From: a virus
Length of the DNA: 64,000 nt
Reading direction: 5' to 3' (one strand)
Virus record (IMG/VR): IMGVR_UViG_3300036939_000039
Location: 1 to 64,000 of that record
The position numbers were made by a program, and so were the translations under genes. The stretch's first letter is position 1, and each line of letters begins with the position of its first letter. The notes beneath the pieces were generated by a model. It did not search any database. It saw only the letters and a program-made list of their open reading frames with translations, and was not told where the DNA came from. Positions 60,251 to 64,000 of the stretch are shown piece by piece.

Positions 60251-60282
60251 AATTAGCCAGTCTAATATTAGACTGGCTAATT
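60251..60282. repeat. 32-bp perfect palindrome around the exact 14-mer (60260-60273)
   Basis: AATTAGCCAGTCTAATATTAGACTGGCTAATT. Confidence 0.97.
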
Positions 60283-60334
60283 TGGTTTTAGGGTGTTACA
60301 CTGATATGTGTACAGATTCAATTTAGCTACAAGC

Positions 60335-61372
60335 ATGGTACGCGACAGCAGTGTTTCACGTGATCGGCGCAATTTCTGGAATTCGATTGGCAAGCCAGTC
60401 GATCCCACCAATCCATTGGCATCAATAGACTTGGACTGGGAGCCACTATCAATCCCTCTTACTTATGAGATTGGCGAAACACGACGAATTAGCCAACAGT
60501 TCCGTATTTTGGTTAATAGCAAAACAGGCAAAGATATTGCTCCTTGTTCTGACAACTGGACGCCATTAGGTAATCGGCAATTCTACGATACTGCGACGCG
60601 ATCGCTTGCCGAGCTTGGATCTAGTGTTTCTAGGGGTGGATATCTTCACGGCTCAAAATCTAGCTTAAGAATGGGCGATCGCTGCGTATTTCTGGTTTCA
60701 GATGAGATTCCTGAACTAGGATTTTCGCTATACAACGATGACGTAGATGAGGCGCATAGCTCAAGAATCGTATTCTATAATCATCATGCGCCAGGTTCGG
60801 GCATGGGGATAAAGATTATAGTTGTGCGAAAAATATGTACGAATGGGCTGGTGCGCACTGGGGTTAAAAATGGGCTGAATCTAGCTCACACTAGTAAGGG
60901 TGTTGAGGCGTATCGTACGGCAGATAAGCAGCTTCAGCAGTACAAGGAAATGATTGCAGCTGAACGGCAAAAGCTAGAGGCATTGGCGCGAGTGAAAGTT
61001 AGCGAAGCGGATGCTTTGTCACATTTTGTTGATTTTGTTGGAGACAAGAAAAAGGCACTGGCTGAGCAACCTGTCTCTGTGCGTACAATGCAATCGATAT
61101 ACAATGGTGAAGCTGCCCATGTAATGGAAGATCTGGGGATTGATTTATCCTTGAACGATTACACTAATGGTACTGCCTATGGGGTTGCGCAGTCGGTAAC
61201 TGCGTACTATAGTCATTTTCGAGGAGGCTACACAAGCGCCGAAAGTGCGATTAAAAGCCGTGTCTTTACAGATGCCGCCTCAGCTGTTGACTCAGCATTA
61301 AATAGCCTTGCTAGGGCATACTTACCTAAGCAGAAACAGAAAGGAGCGGTTATCCAGCCCGTGGGGTTTTAA
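60335..61372 (+). CDS. DUF932-like phage/plasmid protein
   Basis: DLDWEP...RILVNSKTGKDIAPCSDNWTPLGNRQFYD...VVRKICTNGLV resembles the DUF932 (TIGR03299-type) layout. ATG 60335 preferred. Confidence 0.5.
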   Translation: MVRDSSVSRDRRNFWNSIGKPVDPTNPLASIDLDWEPLSIPLTYEIGETRRISQQFRILVNSKTGKDIAPCSDNWTPLGNRQFYDTATRSLAELGSSVSRGGYLHGSKSSLRMGDRCVFLVSDEIPELGFSLYNDDVDEAHSSRIVFYNHHAPGSGMGIKIIVVRKICTNGLVRTGVKNGLNLAHTSKGVEAYRTADKQLQQYKEMIAAERQKLEALARVKVSEADALSHFVDFVGDKKKALAEQPVSVRTMQSIYNGEAAHVMEDLGIDLSLNDYTNGTAYGVAQSVTAYYSHFRGGYTSAESAIKSRVFTDAASAVDSALNSLARAYLPKQKQKGAVIQPVGF

Positions 61373-61385
61373 AATCGTGACTCAA

Positions 61386-61399
61386 GTCTTATATTAGAC
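61386..61399. repeat. palindrome variant GTCTTATATTAGAC (1 mismatch)
   Basis: Lies 13 nt after the stop at 61372. Confidence 0.9.
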
Positions 61400-61478
61400 A
61401 AGGAAAAGGCTGTCACCATTATTCTCCTTTCATCCTCTCGTGATTTATGCTAGACAAAGATGCGAGAGGATTTTTATT

Positions 61479-61991
61479 ATGAAAACTAAAAAATATACAC
61501 AGGATTATGACGCGATCGCGTACCGGGCGATCGCTCTTGGAGGTACAGATAAGGCTGCATGGGAATCACTAGGAGTTATAGAAAAAACATTCTACAACTG
61601 GATGGGCAAGCATACTAGTTTTCGGGTAGCGGTTGAGGCGGCGCGAGAATTTCATCAGGCTTGCGCTCCGGATGCGCTAAGACTAGCTCTGCTGAGTCAT
61701 ATTGTAGAAACACTCAAGAATAAAGGAGAAGTAATTACAACTCAAACCAGAACAGTGCAGCGAACAGTTCAACGGGATGGAAGGAATCAAGTAATATTTG
61801 TTGCTGAGGTCGAGACTTCAACGGAGGTTTCGGAAGTTAGAGGCATTCCTCGATGGATTGCTGACAAGGTAATGGCTAATGCACCAGCATTGGGCGAAGC
61901 GATCGCTAAGGTCATCGGAGCGGGTTATGATGTCGCAGAACCGGGTGATTCTGAGTATTTGCTTCCACCAGTAAATGCCAATAGAAACTGA
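61479..61991 (+). CDS. terS: terminase small subunit (putative)
   Basis: HTH-like GGTDKAAWESLGVIEKTFYNWMGKHTSFRVAVEAA. GAGAGGA SD. The stop overlaps the terL ATG. Confidence 0.55.
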   Translation: MKTKKYTQDYDAIAYRAIALGGTDKAAWESLGVIEKTFYNWMGKHTSFRVAVEAAREFHQACAPDALRLALLSHIVETLKNKGEVITTQTRTVQRTVQRDGRNQVIFVAEVETSTEVSEVRGIPRWIADKVMANAPALGEAIAKVIGAGYDVAEPGDSEYLLPPVNANRN

Positions 61992-63598
61992 TGCAATCAT
62001 TAAATGCACGGCATGCATTGCAGTTCGGAGCTGACATTGTTACCCCTAAGATGCGATCGCGGATCAAGTTCAGGGGCGCAAAGTTTACCGACTACGCCTA
62101 TCGCCCCGTCGAGTTTGCATATGAGGTGCTAGGGATTAAATATTTAACTAACGACGCAAAAAGAATATTGCAAAGTATTTGTGACAATAAGGTTACAAAT
62201 GTTCAGGCATCGCATGGCATCGGCAAATCACATTTAGCGGGAGCAATTTTAATCCCTTATTGGGTGTTCGCGATGCAAGGGCTTTGTATTACTACGGCAC
62301 CAACGGAAAGACAGGTCAAGCAAATTTTATGGTCAGAGGCGCGTAAGTCTTATGGTGCGAACAAAGGTAAATTAGGTGGACGCGCTGGGGAGCTTTTTAT
62401 CAATCTGAGCGAAGAGGCGCGGGCGTTTGGCTTTACAGCACGGTCAACTGATAGCAATGGATTCCAGGGGGTACATGCCGATCGCTTATTATTGATCGAG
62501 GATGAAGCGTGTGGCATCAGCCAAGATATTGATGAGGGTGCTGAATCATGCCTTGTGGGAAGCAACAACCGGATGCTACGCATCGGCAATCCCTTGGCGG
62601 ATGGCACTCCCTTCGCAAAAGCCTGCAAGCGATCGCACATTAAAATTCCAGCATGGCAGCATCCTAATGTTGCTTGGGCTTATAGGATAGAGGCAGATGG
62701 AATTCATCGCATTAAAGAAGAATTGCGCCCCTACTTGTTTGATAAGGACGGGAACATATTAGATAGGGAGCGATGGGGACAACCCGCGATCGCTGCAATG
62801 CAAGCTTACCTTAAAGCTGTTGGGGCAATTGAAATCAAAGGGGCAATTTCTGTTGAGTGGATTGAAGAAAAGCGGGAAAAATATCACGAGAATTCAGCGT
62901 TTTGGGAATCTCGGATAGAGGCGCGGTTCCCTCTGGATGCTGGTCAGTCTATTATCCCGCGTCGCTATTTTTTAATGGCGCGTGTCGCCTTTGATTCTGT
63001 CGATGTCAAGCAGTGGGGTCAAAAATTATCAAATCACCCTCCACGCTATGGACTAGATGTTGGTGACGGAGGCGATCCGCATGCGATCGCTCGTTGGCAA
63101 GGCTCTGTTTTGTGGTCGGTTCGTTCTCAGGCAACTTTAGGGGATGAACTGGATTCAGGACGCGCAGCGGCGCTAGTAACCAGCGAGATTAAGTCGTTTG
63201 GAAATGGCGCGATCGCTGTAGATAATGTAGGCGTAGGTGCTGGTGCGTTAGACAGCCTCAAGCGCCAGCAATTAATAGCTAAGGGCTTTCGCTGGGGAAG
63301 TGCCCCCCATGATGCTGATCGCTTCGCTAATCTCAAGGCAGAGCAGTTTTGGTTATTACGAGAAGCTCTAGAAAAAAGTGAACTCGCGATCGCTCCCCTT
63401 GGGGAATACGAGGATGAATTAATGGAGGATTGGGCAAATACTTATTATGAAGAATTGCCTAATGGGAAAATAAAGATTGAGGATAAACGTATAACACGTA
63501 AACGTTTAGGCAGGAGTCCTAATCTTGGTGATGCCGTTGTCTATGCCTATCATTCCAAGAGTGGTCAACCTCGCGCTCCCATGACGTCCACTTATTAA
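61991..63598 (+). CDS. terL: terminase large subunit
   Basis: Walker A SHGIGKSH and Walker B LLLIEDEA. C-terminal nuclease-like half with DVGDGGD. Confidence 0.85.
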   Translation: MQSLNARHALQFGADIVTPKMRSRIKFRGAKFTDYAYRPVEFAYEVLGIKYLTNDAKRILQSICDNKVTNVQASHGIGKSHLAGAILIPYWVFAMQGLCITTAPTERQVKQILWSEARKSYGANKGKLGGRAGELFINLSEEARAFGFTARSTDSNGFQGVHADRLLLIEDEACGISQDIDEGAESCLVGSNNRMLRIGNPLADGTPFAKACKRSHIKIPAWQHPNVAWAYRIEADGIHRIKEELRPYLFDKDGNILDRERWGQPAIAAMQAYLKAVGAIEIKGAISVEWIEEKREKYHENSAFWESRIEARFPLDAGQSIIPRRYFLMARVAFDSVDVKQWGQKLSNHPPRYGLDVGDGGDPHAIARWQGSVLWSVRSQATLGDELDSGRAAALVTSEIKSFGNGAIAVDNVGVGAGALDSLKRQQLIAKGFRWGSAPHDADRFANLKAEQFWLLREALEKSELAIAPLGEYEDELMEDWANTYYEELPNGKIKIEDKRITRKRLGRSPNLGDAVVYAYHSKSGQPRAPMTSTY

Positions 63599-63603
63599 CA
63601 GCA

Positions 63604-63617
63604 GTCTAATATTAGAC
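63604..63617. repeat. 14-bp palindrome (exact)
   Basis: Lies 5 nt after the terL stop. A left half-site, GTCTAATATTT, follows at 63636. Confidence 0.97.
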
Positions 63618-63771
63618 TTACTCATCATCACCTAAGTCTAATATTTGCAGGAACGGATATATTACTAGTAATACCAGCAGTATTGCTGCAAGAGAAGTAA
63701 TAAGTAACATCATTAACTTAATTGGATTGATATATTACTTTTCATTAAGAAGTTTGTATAACAGGATAAAG

Positions 63772-64000
63772 ATGAAAATAGGTAAATTTGTTAAGTGGGA
63801 TAGCCCAGTAGGGAATGCTTGGGGAAGAATCGAAAGAATTGATTCGGGGGCTGTTAGTGTTCGTGTATGGCGATCGCGTAAAGAGAGCGATGCCATAGTG
63901 TATTTACCGATTGATTATGTAGAGGAAGATGATAGTTATGAGGCAGAAATCGCCTCCCTTTACCCTCGGATGCCATCTGATGAAGAATTTGAATTGATCA
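63772..64000 (+). CDS. 5' part of a gene running off the window (hypothetical)
   Basis: ATG with AGGA 6 nt upstream. Open to the window end (MKIGKFVKWDSPVGNAWGRIERID...). Confidence 0.45.
   Translation, partial: MKIGKFVKWDSPVGNAWGRIERIDSGAVSVRVWRSRKESDAIVYLPIDYVEEDDSYEAEIASLYPRMPSDEEFELI

Noticed and set aside
31280-61478. The longest-ORF starts given in the track for 31280, 33283, 43912..44763, 44955..45485, 54634, 55604, 60308 and 61440.
   Set aside because: These extensions run through palindrome copies, promoter motifs or hairpins and use TTG/GTG or poorly placed ATG codons. Downstream ATG codons with better SD context or stop-start coupling were preferred. The 5' ends remain uncertain.
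13851-62770. Additional half-site or loose matches to the palindrome inside genes (13851, 24258 CCAAATATTTGG, 24951, 29044, 39887, 62756).
   Set aside because: They have three or more mismatches, or only one half is conserved. In AT-rich codon contexts such matches are expected by chance, so they are not counted as copies.
733-63617. Reading the repeated 14-mer as a CRISPR array or array remnants.
   Set aside because: - The copies are dispersed at irregular spacings of 0.1-5.5 kb, between and inside genes.
- They are not arranged as repeat-spacer units.
- The repeat is only 14 bp, and no cas genes are seen.
733-63617. The 14-mer acting by itself as an intrinsic terminator.
   Set aside because: - On its own it can form at most a 5-bp A/T-rich stem with a 4-nt loop and has no U-tract.
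- Only the extended versions (55168, 60251, 29896) could plausibly fold.
- Clear separate terminators lie next to several copies.
1-64000. tRNA, rRNA, tmRNA, integrase, transposase or attachment sites.
   Set aside because: I could not recognise any cloverleaf-capable segment or any recombinase/transposase motif in any ORF. Lifestyle (temperate or lytic) and mobility therefore cannot be called from this window.

Overview
This 64-kb window looks like a tailed dsDNA phage or prophage-like element from a cyanobacterial host. The host call rests on the HIP1 octamer GCGATCGC, which occurs at roughly 2 per kb by eye. The left third holds siphovirus-type head-tail joining and tail genes. These include a 3741-aa tape measure protein with a serine-hydrolase-like region, an M23 peptidase domain and a lambda-R-like transglycosylase domain. 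They also include lambda M/L/K/J-like tail-tip genes and a block of large fibre-like proteins, with the orientation of whole blocks scrambled. Between the tape measure and the fibre block lies an accessory island. It encodes a complete two-component phosphorelay (sensor kinase, free-standing DHp protein, CheY-like receiver) plus an FHA-domain protein and membrane proteins. The right two thirds hold early and replication genes and terS/terL:
- C5 and N6 DNA methyltransferases
- an SF2 helicase and an ERF recombinase
- a Rep-like gene with internal iterons
- Bro-N/KilA-like and T5orf172 proteins
- an M15 endolysin with a decayed duplicate

The dominant unexplained signal is a 14-bp perfect palindrome, GTCTAATATTAGAC. 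It has 23 exact and 15 near-exact copies and sits at almost every gene-cassette junction. It often lies between a terminator hairpin and a conserved GGTGTTAGAT-type promoter motif, it supplies stop codons at convergent junctions, and it sits at all four breakpoints of two nested inversions that would restore a canonical tail-gene order. No rRNA, tRNA, CRISPR array, integrase or transposase was recognised. All functional calls come from motifs read by eye, not from database searches.
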